Positions 1 through 9,574 of a DNA stretch of 54,702 nucleotides are shown in pieces; position 1 is the stretch's first letter; each line of letters begins with the position of its first letter. The translations under genes and the position numbers were made by a program. The notes under the pieces were generated by a model, which was given only the letters and a program-made list of their open reading frames with translations, was not told the origin of the DNA and ran no database searches. Source of the stretch: a virus (lineage: Duplodnaviria > Caudoviricetes); the IMG/VR virus record IMGVR_UViG_3300030430_001000, positions 1 to 54,702 of that record; one strand, 5' to 3'.

Positions 1-100
1 AAAAGTGAAATGCCTTATATTTGTAAAGAAAAACAAAGAATATATAAACGAGAATACTATCAAAATAATAAAGAAAGAATACAAGAATATCGTAAGAACT
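1..100. repeat. Terminal overlap with 54603-54702 (circular assembly)
   Basis: First 98 nt are identical to 54603-54700; base 99 differs (c vs t); 99/100 overall. Confidence 0.95.
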
Positions 101-723
101 ATAAGAAAAATAATTTAAAGAAAATACGAGAGATGGAAAAGAAATATCGTGAAAATAATAAAGATAAAATAAAAGAATATCGTGAAAATAATAAAGAAAA
201 ACAACGAGAATGGTATCAAAATAATAAAGAGAAAATATTAGAGTGGGAAAGAATATATAAACAAAAATATCGTAAAAAACATAGAGAAAAAGTACTAAAA
301 CAGGCTAAGAAATATCGTGAAAATAATAAAGAGAAAATACGAGAGTATCTAAAGGTATATACAAAAAAAAGGTACGCTACTGACCCTTGTTTTAAATTAA
401 GACATTCAATATCTGCTAGAGTTGGTAAAGAAATGAGAAAATATTTGACTACAAAAAAAGAAAGCTCTATCAACTATTTAGGTTGTAGTATGAAAAAATT
501 AAAAGAGCACTTAGAAAGTAAGTTTGATACCAATATGACATGGGATAACTGGTCTATACATGGTTGGCATATCGACCATATCATTCCTAGTAGTTCCTTT
601 GACTTAACAAAAGAAGAAGAACAAAAGAAATGCTTTCACTATACAAATCTACAACCCTTGTGGGCAAAAGACAACATGGCGAAAAGCAATAAATTAAATT
701 GGACAAAAGAGAAAGAAGAATAA
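10..723 (+). CDS. HNH endonuclease with N-terminal YRENNKE(K/R) repeats
   Basis: C-terminal WHIDHIIP...CFHYTNLQPLWAKDN HNH-type motif; Lys/Glu-rich helical repeats in the N-terminal half. Confidence 0.8.
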   Translation: MPYICKEKQRIYKREYYQNNKERIQEYRKNYKKNNLKKIREMEKKYRENNKDKIKEYRENNKEKQREWYQNNKEKILEWERIYKQKYRKKHREKVLKQAKKYRENNKEKIREYLKVYTKKRYATDPCFKLRHSISARVGKEMRKYLTTKKESSINYLGCSMKKLKEHLESKFDTNMTWDNWSIHGWHIDHIIPSSSFDLTKEEEQKKCFHYTNLQPLWAKDNMAKSNKLNWTKEKEE

Positions 724-725
724 GT

Positions 726-923
726 ATGAAAAGAAAACTAAAAGACTTACTAAACAGTCAAAAGAAAAAAAGAATTGATACAGCATTAGACACAGTATCA
801 AAGAAAGATGAAGACTATCAGCTTGATGACGATTTAGATGTATATATAGACATAGCTAACGGCAAAATACATTGGGAAGACTCTAATCGTTGGGATAAAA
901 AAGACTGGGAAGGTAAAAAATAA
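726..923 (+). CDS. Hypothetical protein
   Basis: ORF 699..923; ATG at 726 just after the HNH stop is the more plausible start; abuts the next gene. Confidence 0.6.
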   Translation: MKRKLKDLLNSQKKKRIDTALDTVSKKDEDYQLDDDLDVYIDIANGKIHWEDSNRWDKKDWEGKK

Positions 924-1124
924 ATGAAAAATAAAGGCTATCACAATAAAGGTTTTATGTACGCAGTTATATTTATTATATTTGCAATGATACCTTTGCC
1001 ATTTTTTGTCAGTTGGTTAACTTGGGGTGACGACTTTATGAAACCTTTTATATCAATGAGTTTTCCTGACAGGTGTATTTATGAAGACAATAAACACAAC
1101 AAAGTGAACAGGTGTACAGAATGA
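924..1124 (+). CDS. Hypothetical membrane protein
   Basis: One hydrophobic segment FMYAVIFIIFAMIPLPFFVSWL; tight packing. Confidence 0.6.
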   Translation: MKNKGYHNKGFMYAVIFIIFAMIPLPFFVSWLTWGDDFMKPFISMSFPDRCIYEDNKHNKVNRCTE

Positions 1125-2242
1125 AACTACCAAAGTACGTACAAACAAAAAAATTAAAGTATGGAAGGATAGCTTATAGATACAATCCACCAAAAAAATA
1201 TATTGACAATGACGTTGTTTCTAGGTGCGAACTAGGAACAAATTTAGTTGCCGCTAAAGTAAAAGCATTAGAACTAAATAAAAAAATAAATGATTGGTGT
1301 GATAAATATGTCACTATTAAATCAATAGACAGTAAGTCAAAACTGTCAGACTTAATTGACATATATAAAAAATCTAACAATTACAATATGTTAAGAGATA
1401 AAACGAGAGGAGACTATGACTATCTATTAAAAGTTCTTGAGGAAACTGTAGGTGGTTTAAGGTTAAACAACATTACAACAAAGGTGGCAAAGAACTGCTA
1501 TGAAAAATGGACAGAAAGAGGAATACACTTAGCCAACCATACATGTGCTGTAGCAAATATACTGTTTAAGTATGGTGTACACATGGAACACATTGTTATT
1601 AATCCTTTTAGTACAATAAAACGCAGACAACCCAAGCAAAGAAAGACTGTGTGGACAAAAGAACAAGTCGTTGAGTTACTTAACGTGGCTTACAAAGACT
1701 TTACATATAGAAATATAGGTCTGATTGTACAAATGTCTTACGAATGGTGTCAAAGAATTGGTGACATGAGAATGTTAACGTGGGATAATATAGACTTTGA
1801 CAATTCTAAATTAGTACTTGAGCAATCTAAACGTAGAGCAGAAGTATTTTTACCTATCTCACAGGAACTATTAGAAATGCTCACACAACAGCATGAAGAC
1901 TTTGGCTTCCAACCCTACGTAGCACCTCAAACAAAGCCTTCAGGTGGCAAATATGAGCCGTACAGTATACATACAATAAGTAAAGTAGGTAGAAAGCTCA
2001 TGCAACTCGCAGGTATACCTGACAAATTACGTCTAATGGATTTAAGAAGGACAGGTACAACAGAAATGGTTGAAGCAGGTGTACCTTTAGGTCAAATAAT
2101 GGCAGTGACAGGACACACAAATCCACAGTCTGTAAAACCTTACATGAAAAATACTTTAACAAGTGCAAAAAATGCCTTGACAAAAAGAAACGCATCTGTA
2201 AAATACACTGTAAGTGTAAACAAAAGCAAGTGTAACACATGA
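1112..2242 (+). CDS. Tyrosine recombinase/integrase family protein
   Basis: CQRIGD (Arg), QSKR (Lys), MDLRRT (HxxR box, His replaced by Met), TGHT (His), KPY (Tyr); start may be 1121. Confidence 0.88.
   Translation: MYRMKLPKYVQTKKLKYGRIAYRYNPPKKYIDNDVVSRCELGTNLVAAKVKALELNKKINDWCDKYVTIKSIDSKSKLSDLIDIYKKSNNYNMLRDKTRGDYDYLLKVLEETVGGLRLNNITTKVAKNCYEKWTERGIHLANHTCAVANILFKYGVHMEHIVINPFSTIKRRQPKQRKTVWTKEQVVELLNVAYKDFTYRNIGLIVQMSYEWCQRIGDMRMLTWDNIDFDNSKLVLEQSKRRAEVFLPISQELLEMLTQQHEDFGFQPYVAPQTKPSGGKYEPYSIHTISKVGRKLMQLAGIPDKLRLMDLRRTGTTEMVEAGVPLGQIMAVTGHTNPQSVKPYMKNTLTSAKNALTKRNASVKYTVSVNKSKCNT
2177..2204 (+). promoter_or_regulatory. Putative sigma70 promoter for the replication genes
   Basis: TTGACA (2177-2182), 16 bp spacer, TAAAAT (2199-2204), upstream of primase. 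Confidence 0.5.
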
Positions 2243-2283
2243 AAAATATAAAAAACACTTTAAATGAATTACACTTAAATGAT
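2205..2283. repeat. Cluster of ACACT-N3-AGTGT-like palindromes
   Basis: ACACTGTAAGTGT at 2205, ACACTTTAAATGA at 2255, ACACTTAAATG at 2271; 2248-2266 is identical to 46054-46072. Confidence 0.7.
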
Positions 2284-3057
2284 AATGAAACTGTAAGAAT
2301 AAATTGTCCATTGTGTAAAGGACATAAAACATTTACAGTGTCTAAAGTATTAGGTAATCTACTTTGGAATTGTTACAGAGTTGGTTGCACTTTAAGTGGT
2401 AAGTCTAAAACAAATATGACTGCTACTGAAATTAAAAATAAGTTGTCTGTAGAGGGTGAGTCTAGTTTTCCTTCCCTAAGTTCCCTTTCCCTAGACTCAT
2501 CTCCTACAGATAATTTTTTTATGCCAGAACATGTTATAAAAGACGACATTAAAATAAAAACTTTTGTTGACAAATACAAATTACATAATCAAGAATTATA
2601 TTATGACGTTAAAGACAATAGAGTTGTGTTTCCAATAGTGCATGACTCAATAATTGTTGACGCTACAGGGCGTTCACTTGGAAATAAAAAACCTAAATGG
2701 TTGCGTTATGGAAAAAGTGACTTGCCTTTTGTTTTTGGACATGGTAGCGTCGCAGTAGTCGTTGAAGACTGTGTGAGTGCTTCAGTAATTGGTAATGAAG
2801 TATTCGTTGGGGTGGCTGTGTTGGGTACATCATTGCTGACTTCACACAAAAAGTACTTATCGCAGTTTTCAACGGCAATTATAGCCCTCGACCCTGACGC
2901 AATACCTAAGACACTACAATTTTTTAGAGAACTTACACCTTACGTTGACAGTGTAAGAGCTATGAAACTTGTTGACGATTTAAAATACAGAAACCCCACT
3001 GATTTAGAAAATTTAGACCAACACAGGAGATTAATTTATGGAACTGTCACTGATTAG
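2239..3057 (+). CDS. DNA primase (Zn-binding plus TOPRIM domains)
   Basis: CPLC...CYRVGC Zn ribbon; VVVED and ALDPDA TOPRIM motifs; precedes helicase. Confidence 0.88.
   Translation: MKNIKNTLNELHLNDNETVRINCPLCKGHKTFTVSKVLGNLLWNCYRVGCTLSGKSKTNMTATEIKNKLSVEGESSFPSLSSLSLDSSPTDNFFMPEHVIKDDIKIKTFVDKYKLHNQELYYDVKDNRVVFPIVHDSIIVDATGRSLGNKKPKWLRYGKSDLPFVFGHGSVAVVVEDCVSASVIGNEVFVGVAVLGTSLLTSHKKYLSQFSTAIIALDPDAIPKTLQFFRELTPYVDSVRAMKLVDDLKYRNPTDLENLDQHRRLIYGTVTD
2440..2516 (+). ncRNA. Candidate structured RNA hairpin with an anti-Shine-Dalgarno loop, inside the primase gene
   Basis: 26-nt arms 2440-2465 and 2491-2516 (four G-U pairs, one A-C mismatch on the + strand RNA); loop TTTTCCTTCCCTAAGTTCCCTTTCC; ends in a T-run. 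Confidence 0.55.
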
Positions 3058-4261
3058 AAGCTTGATGGACAAACAATTTTATGACGAACACCGAGGAGCA
3101 AAATGTCCTAACCGATTATTTACAAAGGACGTACAAAAAATAAAGTCTACGATTGACAATGCAATGCTGAGTTACAATCGAAGTGTAACACCTGACGAGA
3201 TTGAAGCCTTGTTTATATCAAACAATCCCACAATGTCTACGGCACAGAAAGTTTCTTACGAAGGTGTATTTCATAAAATTAAAAATGAAAAACCTTTAGG
3301 TTCAGATATAGCACAAGAAGTGTTATCTAAATTATTTCAACAAGTTATTGGTGAGGACATTGCAAACATTGGTTTTGAATACGTTAATGGCACAAACAAA
3401 AGTCTTGAACCTCTACGTCACATTATAGAAAATTATGGTGACGACTTCATACCTAATTTAAATATAGAATGGGATAACATTGAGATTGATAATCTACTAA
3501 AGAAAAATGAACTAGAAGCAAGATGGCACTTTAATATACCTAGTTTAATTAGAAAGATTGAAGGTGTAAATGCAGGTCATTTGATTGAAGTAGGTGCGAG
3601 ACCTAATACAGGTAAAACTTCATTTCATGCTAGTCTCATTGCTAGTCCAAAAGGATTTGCTTCTCAGGGTGCAAAATGTGTAGTGCTTTGTAATGAAGAG
3701 GCAACACATAGGGTAGGTGCAAGATACTTAACTGCTTCAAGTGGCATGACTATACATGAAGTAAGAGACAATCCTGCAAAAGCAAAAGCACTATATGAAC
3801 CAATTAAAAATAATATTAAATTAAAAGAGTCTACTGGTAGAGACATGTCTTGGGTAGAGAGTGTATGTAAATCATTCAGTCCTGACATTGTTATTTTAGA
3901 CATGGGCGATAAGTTTGCAAGAACGTCAGGATTTGCAAGGCAAGACGAAGCACTCAAAGCAAACGCAGTTCATGCACGTATGATAGCTAAACAACATAAC
4001 TGTGCTATCTTTTATATGTCACAATTAAGTGCTGAAGCTGAAGGTAAGGTCTTACTAAATCAAAGTATGATGGAAGGCAGTCGCACAGGAAAAGCTGCAG
4101 AGGCAGACTTGATGTTATTGATTGCTAAAAATCCTGTGGTTGAAGGTCAAGACGAAGAGGACAATCAAAGACATATTAATGTTGTTAAAAATAAATTGAC
4201 AGGTTGGCATGGAGTGATACACTGTGAATTAGAATATAAAACTGCGAGATACATAGCGTGA
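3038..4261 (+). CDS. Replicative DNA helicase (DnaB/T7 gp4-like, SF4)
   Basis: Walker A GARPNTGKT, Walker B IVILD, SQLS and VVKNK motifs. Confidence 0.92.
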   Translation: MELSLIRSLMDKQFYDEHRGAKCPNRLFTKDVQKIKSTIDNAMLSYNRSVTPDEIEALFISNNPTMSTAQKVSYEGVFHKIKNEKPLGSDIAQEVLSKLFQQVIGEDIANIGFEYVNGTNKSLEPLRHIIENYGDDFIPNLNIEWDNIEIDNLLKKNELEARWHFNIPSLIRKIEGVNAGHLIEVGARPNTGKTSFHASLIASPKGFASQGAKCVVLCNEEATHRVGARYLTASSGMTIHEVRDNPAKAKALYEPIKNNIKLKESTGRDMSWVESVCKSFSPDIVILDMGDKFARTSGFARQDEALKANAVHARMIAKQHNCAIFYMSQLSAEAEGKVLLNQSMMEGSRTGKAAEADLMLLIAKNPVVEGQDEEDNQRHINVVKNKLTGWHGVIHCELEYKTARYIA

Positions 4262-4725
4262 CAAAAAAAGAACAACTCGAATTGTTTGATTTAGAGCCGA
4301 GCAAAGAAGACAGGAAAAAGTTTGACATTGATTTTTCAAGAGACTTATCATTTGGAAAGGGCATGGAAGAAGAAATTGTTTCTATGTTTCAGAATAAAAA
4401 GATAGAAGTTAAATCTGAAAAAGGTATGTGGATTGATACAGGTAATATAGCCATTGAATATAAGTCTTACGGAAAACCATCTGGTATTGAAGCAACAGAA
4501 TCAGATTATTGGTTTCATAACCTGTGTGTAGATGGTGACATTTATGCAACACTTGTATTTAAAACTTCAACATTAAAAGAAATAGTTAAATCTTTAGACA
4601 GTAAAAGGTCTGTTAAAGGTGGAGACCACAACGCATCTTTTATGTATTTATTAAACTTACAAAAATTATTTTCAACTGACGCAATAAAAAAATATAGGAT
4701 AGATACAGATGAAAGTGACACTTGA
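4258..4725 (+). CDS. Hypothetical protein, possibly PD-(D/E)xK nuclease fold
   Basis: IEVKSE...TGNIAIEY...SDYW pattern; overlaps both neighbours. Confidence 0.55.
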   Translation: MTKKEQLELFDLEPSKEDRKKFDIDFSRDLSFGKGMEEEIVSMFQNKKIEVKSEKGMWIDTGNIAIEYKSYGKPSGIEATESDYWFHNLCVDGDIYATLVFKTSTLKEIVKSLDSKRSVKGGDHNASFMYLLNLQKLFSTDAIKKYRIDTDESDT

Positions 4726-6751
4726 CGTAGAAAATACAGTGACTCACCGTGATGGTAAAATTCACCTAGACCCATTTGAGCCAGACAATAGCTTGACAAT
4801 GGTAGGTATGCTTACTGAATATGGTGTTGAACATCTTGTAGTTTTTGACCATGAACAAGAAGAACCAACGCCAAGTGGCAAAGACTTTGTACAAAGTGTG
4901 TTAGATAAAACAACACTGTTAATTATGCATAATGCTTCACATGACTTATTATGGTTATGGGAGTGTGGTTTTAATTATGCTGGTGCTATATTTGACACAA
5001 TGTTAAATGCTTATGTCCAACAGCGAGGTTTGAAACAGTCACTTTCTTTAGAGGACTGTGCTGTTAGATACAACTTAGACACAAAGAAACAAGACACATT
5101 AAAACAGTACTTTAAAAAAGGTTACAGCACAAAGCAAATACCTATTGAAGAACTGTCAGAATATCTTTCTGCTGACTTACATGCAACACAACAATTAGCT
5201 AATATACTACAGGACAAATTAAACAATGAACACAAAGAATTAAAAAATGTAGCTGAGTTAACTGATAAGGTTGCAGTATGTTTAACAAAAATATATCAGC
5301 GTGGATTTACTGTAGACTTAAAAGAATTAGAAAACGTAAAAGAGTCTTTTGAGAAAGAACGTCAAACACTTATCAACGACTTAACACAAAGATGCAAAGA
5401 CTTAATGGGTGACTATCCTATTAACTTAAATAGTCCAGAGCAATTATCTTGGGTACTTTACAGTAAAAAACCATTGGATAAATCTACGTGGGCAAATAAC
5501 TTTGAAACTTATATGAATAAAAAAGATTTTGAAATACAAGTATCTCAACATTCTGAAGTGTTATATAAACAAAAAGCCTTACAATGTAGTGAGTGTTGGG
5601 GTGCAGGGTACATTAATAAAATTAAAAAAGATGGCACTCCATTTAAAAAGTCTAGTAAGTGCTCTGACTGTAAAGGTTTAGGTTACATATTTAAATCTGA
5701 TAAAAGTCAAATGGCAGGTTTAAAAATGAAAGCACCCTCTTCAAAGTGGGTTAGTGCAAATGGTTTTAGTACAAACAAAAACAATTTATTATTTCTTGAA
5801 CAATTAGCAAGGCAAAAAAAGTACACGGCAGCAGAAAGTTTTTTAAAAAATGTAAGAAGGTTATCTGCAGTTGAAACTTATTTATCAAGTTTTGTACAAG
5901 GCATAAACACTTACGTAAAACCTGACAAAAAACTTCATGTTAGATTGTTACAACACAGAACTAGCACAGGTAGATTTAGTGGTGCTGACCCTAACATGCA
6001 AAATATGCCAAGAGGAAATACCTTTCCTGTGAAAAAAGTTTTTATTTCAAGATGGACAGACGGACAGATATTAGAAGCTGACTTTGCACAACTTGAATTT
6101 AGGGTAGCTGCTTTTTTAGGTCAAGATAAAGTAGCTATTGAAGAAGTGTCAACAGGCTTTGACGTTCACAGCTACACTGCTAAAGTTATAACAGAAGCAG
6201 GACAAACAATAAGTAGACAAGAAGCAAAAGCACATACATTTGCACCTCTTTATGGTGCTAGTGGTTTTGGAAGAACACCTGCTGAAGCTACGTACTATAA
6301 ACAGTTTAATGATAAATATGAAGGCATAGCTGAATGGCACAATAAGTTAGCAAAACAGGCACTTAATGAGTACGTTATTACAACACCTTCAGGACGGCAA
6401 TTTTCTTTTCCAGACGTACAAAGAAAAAGTAATGGAACACCTACACAGTTTACACAAATAAAAAATTATCCTGTTCAGTCATTTGCAACTGCAGATATCG
6501 TGCCTATATCTTTACTATATATAGATAATAAACTTAAAGACATGCAAAGTTGTATAGTTAATACAGTACATGATTCAATCGTCATTGACGTGCACCCAAC
6601 TGAAGTAAAGCAAGTTATTGATATTATTAATGAAACAAATAATAATTTAAAAACTTTAATTGACAAAGAGTGGAATATTGATTTCAATGTTCCTTTATTA
6701 TTAGAGGCTAAGATTGGTTATAATTGGCTTGACACAAAAGACGTTGTGTGA
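4709..6751 (+). CDS. polA: Family A DNA polymerase with DnaJ-like zinc-finger insert
   Basis: Exonuclease LDVE and HNASHD; motif A DFAQLE, motif B RQEAKAHTFAPLYG, motif C VHDS; CSECWGAG and CSDCKGLG insert. Confidence 0.96.
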   Translation: MKVTLDVENTVTHRDGKIHLDPFEPDNSLTMVGMLTEYGVEHLVVFDHEQEEPTPSGKDFVQSVLDKTTLLIMHNASHDLLWLWECGFNYAGAIFDTMLNAYVQQRGLKQSLSLEDCAVRYNLDTKKQDTLKQYFKKGYSTKQIPIEELSEYLSADLHATQQLANILQDKLNNEHKELKNVAELTDKVAVCLTKIYQRGFTVDLKELENVKESFEKERQTLINDLTQRCKDLMGDYPINLNSPEQLSWVLYSKKPLDKSTWANNFETYMNKKDFEIQVSQHSEVLYKQKALQCSECWGAGYINKIKKDGTPFKKSSKCSDCKGLGYIFKSDKSQMAGLKMKAPSSKWVSANGFSTNKNNLLFLEQLARQKKYTAAESFLKNVRRLSAVETYLSSFVQGINTYVKPDKKLHVRLLQHRTSTGRFSGADPNMQNMPRGNTFPVKKVFISRWTDGQILEADFAQLEFRVAAFLGQDKVAIEEVSTGFDVHSYTAKVITEAGQTISRQEAKAHTFAPLYGASGFGRTPAEATYYKQFNDKYEGIAEWHNKLAKQALNEYVITTPSGRQFSFPDVQRKSNGTPTQFTQIKNYPVQSFATADIVPISLLYIDNKLKDMQSCIVNTVHDSIVIDVHPTEVKQVIDIINETNNNLKTLIDKEWNIDFNVPLLLEAKIGYNWLDTKDVV

Positions 6752-6757
6752 TATAAC
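6729..6757 (+). promoter_or_regulatory. Sigma70 promoter
   Basis: TTGACA, 17 bp spacer, TATAAC with extended -10 TG; upstream of the AAGGAG RBS of the 6793 gene. Confidence 0.75.
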
Positions 6758-6792
6758 TAACCTCTTAAAAAATATATCACAAGGAGATATAA

Positions 6793-7707
6793 ATGAATAA
6801 TGATATTGTAAAAATAAATATTGATAATTATGACGCTATGGCTAAAGTAATGGGCATGGACACTGAAACAAATAGTGGCTCAGAGGACAGTAAAAAAAAT
6901 AATTTACCACGTTTAAAATTGTATCACTCAGCTATCATGGGTGAAAAAAATATAGACGGTAAGAAAACTAAAGTTGAGTTATTGTCTGGTGGTTCATACA
7001 GAATTGAAAAAGATAAAGAATATTTTTATGGTTCTTCAGCTACTGCTAGATTCTACTTGCAAAGATTTATGTATAAAAGATTTGTTCCTGCTTCAGGCAA
7101 GAATGATAGTCCTACATTTACTAAAACAATAATGGCAGATAGTTTAAAAAACGATTTAAAAGATACTAAGGGTGGTTTTAATTGTGGCAGACCCAATGGG
7201 TACATAAAAGATTTTGACTCTCTCGACGACAAAATTAAAAAATTAATCGTTGGTCCTACTTCAGCTAAAAGAACTAGAGTTTTGTTTGGTACAATAAAAC
7301 TAAATGAAGTAGTTGACGCTTTAGGTAATGACGCTAGTGATAGATTAGGCATTACACCTTTTATCTGGGAAGTAGATAATAAAGATGCTTTTAAATTAAT
7401 TGGAGAAGTGTATAACACATTTAAAAATAAACAGATATTACCTTTGCAACACGAAATTAAAATGACTTCAACTGAAGTACACGACGCAACAATCCCTCAT
7501 TACTTACCGAAACTTAATATTAATTTTAATAAAAAAATAGATATAACACAAAAAGACCAAGTTATGTTTGCTGACTTTATAGAGTGGGTAAATAGTTATA
7601 ATAAATATGTTTTTAGTGAATGGACTACCCATTCTAATAATGATGTTGATAAGGAATTAGTTGAAGAATTTATTGACATGGAAGACGGAATCCCAGTAGT
7701 ATCGTGA
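6793..7707 (+). CDS. Putative ssDNA-binding/replication accessory protein
   Basis: Position after the polymerase, own promoter, acidic C-terminal tail; function inferred. Confidence 0.55.
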   Translation: MNNDIVKINIDNYDAMAKVMGMDTETNSGSEDSKKNNLPRLKLYHSAIMGEKNIDGKKTKVELLSGGSYRIEKDKEYFYGSSATARFYLQRFMYKRFVPASGKNDSPTFTKTIMADSLKNDLKDTKGGFNCGRPNGYIKDFDSLDDKIKKLIVGPTSAKRTRVLFGTIKLNEVVDALGNDASDRLGITPFIWEVDNKDAFKLIGEVYNTFKNKQILPLQHEIKMTSTEVHDATIPHYLPKLNINFNKKIDITQKDQVMFADFIEWVNSYNKYVFSEWTTHSNNDVDKELVEEFIDMEDGIPVVS

Positions 7708-8570
7708 ATCACCCTGCAGAACTTGCTATTCATCAGTATTTATCTGACGCTACAGATAGCAAGTCCTGTATGTCTGATGAAACTATTACACAAATATGTG
7801 ACGACATAAGAGAAGCATTAACAAAACAGTTTGGTTCTAATCAAGACAAAATAAAATTTAAAATAAGAATGTCTAACTTGGGTAGACCAACTTGCCAGTT
7901 ATGGTTTGAAAAAAACAAACCTGAAACAGCCCTACCTAAACCAAATACATTTGTAATGAATATGATGCTTGGTGATATTGTTGAAGCTATATTTAAAGGT
8001 ATTCTTAAAGAGTCAGGTGTAAGCTATACAAACTCAGAAAAAGTTTCATTACCTGTTAATGATGATACAGTAGAAGGAACGTATGACTTAATTATTAATG
8101 ATGCAGTTGACGATATTAAGTCTGCATCTGACTGGTCATACAAAAATAAATTTACAGACTGTGACACACTAAAAGATAAAGACTCATTTGGTTATGTGTC
8201 ACAGTTAGTTGGATACTCAGTTGCTGCCAAAAAGAAATTAGGTGGTTGGTGGGTCATTAACAAATCAAATGGCGAATTTAAATATGTTTCTGCTGACACA
8301 GTAGATATTGAAGAAGAGTTAAACAAAATAAAAAGCACACATAAAATAGTAACAGATAATAAATTTAAAAGATGTTACGAGGCAGAAGACGAATACTTTA
8401 GAGGTAAGCCCACAGGAAATAAGATATTAAATCGAGAATGTTTTTTTTGTCCATACAAGTTTTCTTGCTATGACAATTTACAAGAGTTACCTGCAGTGAA
8501 GTCTCAAGCTAAACAACCCAAGAAAGTTTTTTATGTTTCACTAGCAGAGGAATATACAGTTGGACGCTAA
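7704..8570 (+). CDS. PD-(D/E)xK exonuclease (Cas4/RecB-like)
   Basis: GTYDL...DDIKS motif, YVSQLVGY, conserved Cys (PTCQLW, CFFCPYKFSC). Confidence 0.75.
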   Translation: MNHPAELAIHQYLSDATDSKSCMSDETITQICDDIREALTKQFGSNQDKIKFKIRMSNLGRPTCQLWFEKNKPETALPKPNTFVMNMMLGDIVEAIFKGILKESGVSYTNSEKVSLPVNDDTVEGTYDLIINDAVDDIKSASDWSYKNKFTDCDTLKDKDSFGYVSQLVGYSVAAKKKLGGWWVINKSNGEFKYVSADTVDIEEELNKIKSTHKIVTDNKFKRCYEAEDEYFRGKPTGNKILNRECFFCPYKFSCYDNLQELPAVKSQAKQPKKVFYVSLAEEYTVGR

Positions 8571-9018
8571 AAGATTTGCTTATGCTAGAAAGTATGGATA
8601 CAGAAGTGGTTTAGAACTAAAAGTAGCCGACTATTTAAAAACACAAAAAGTAAAATACAAGTATGAGTGTTTAAAGATAGAGTGGGAAGACCTTACGTAT
8701 CGAACCTATACACCAGACTTTGTTCTCAACAATGGAATTATTATAGAAACAAAAGGTATATTTACAGCGGCAGACAGAAAAAAACATTTATCAATAAAAA
8801 AACAACACCCAAAATTAGACATACGTTTTGTGTTTGAAAACAGTAATAAGAGACTGCGTAAAGGTGCTAAAACTAGATATTATCAATGGTGTATTAGATA
8901 TGACTTTGATTATTATGACAGAATAATTCCTGAAGAATGGTTAAAAGAAAAAGGTAAAGATAAACACCCAAAGTTTATTAAATTTTCTAGGCAAAAAATT
9001 AAAAGGAAGTTTAGATGA
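8560..9018 (+). CDS. Endonuclease I (T7 gp3-like Holliday junction resolvase)
   Basis: YRSGLE, YTPDF, IIETKG, LDIRFVF motifs. Confidence 0.92.
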   Translation: MDAKRFAYARKYGYRSGLELKVADYLKTQKVKYKYECLKIEWEDLTYRTYTPDFVLNNGIIIETKGIFTAADRKKHLSIKKQHPKLDIRFVFENSNKRLRKGAKTRYYQWCIRYDFDYYDRIIPEEWLKEKGKDKHPKFIKFSRQKIKRKFR

Positions 9019-9347
9019 AAGAACAAGACGATACATTAATTAGTATAAAACCAGAAGAGTACGTAATAAAACTTAAACCTATGTTAAATAAAAATAAAAA
9101 GTGGACAGGTGAAGTAAGAATTAGTGTAGTAGTTTCAGAAGATAATAATTTAGACGATAACGACTATTATAACATGCTGTATCTTGCTAATCTTGTAAGT
9201 GCTACAGCAAATGTTATGGAGGTAGATAAAAATTTTAGATACAGATTAATGAACTATGTAGACAATGAAGAAAAAGTAGCTAAAATAAAAAATAAAAACA
9301 ATGTAATATATTTAGATTTTAGTTCAGAAACAGAAGGTAACGCATGA
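9015..9347 (+). CDS. Hypothetical protein
   Basis: ATGA-coupled to both neighbours. Confidence 0.7.
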   Translation: MKEQDDTLISIKPEEYVIKLKPMLNKNKKWTGEVRISVVVSEDNNLDDNDYYNMLYLANLVSATANVMEVDKNFRYRLMNYVDNEEKVAKIKNKNNVIYLDFSSETEGNA

Positions 9348-9574
9348 AAGAAGACGACATGGTGAATAGTCCACCACATTATAATAAAAGTGGCATAGAG
9401 TGTATAGACGCTATCAAAGCGTCAAATGAAGATGGGTTTGAATATTACTTACAAGGTAATATAATAAAATACATCTGGAGGTATCGTTATAAAAATGGTA
9501 TAGAAGATTTAAAAAAAGCAAGATGGTATCTCGATAGGCTTATAAACGAGAAACAAAATGAGAGTAAGAGTTAA
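9344..9574 (+). CDS. DUF3310 family protein (T7 gp1.7 nucleotide kinase-like)
   Basis: VNSPPHY...IECID...GNIIKYIWR...EDLKKARWYL signature. Confidence 0.88.
   Translation: MKEDDMVNSPPHYNKSGIECIDAIKASNEDGFEYYLQGNIIKYIWRYRYKNGIEDLKKARWYLDRLINEKQNESKS

Noticed and set aside
1-100. Terminal direct repeat as the biological genome end
   Set aside because: It falls inside a repetitive HNH gene and has a k-mer-like length, so it is best explained as assembly overlap
7704-8570. Cas4-like nuclease as evidence of a CRISPR system
   Set aside because: Solo PD-(D/E)xK exonucleases are normal in phage replication modules
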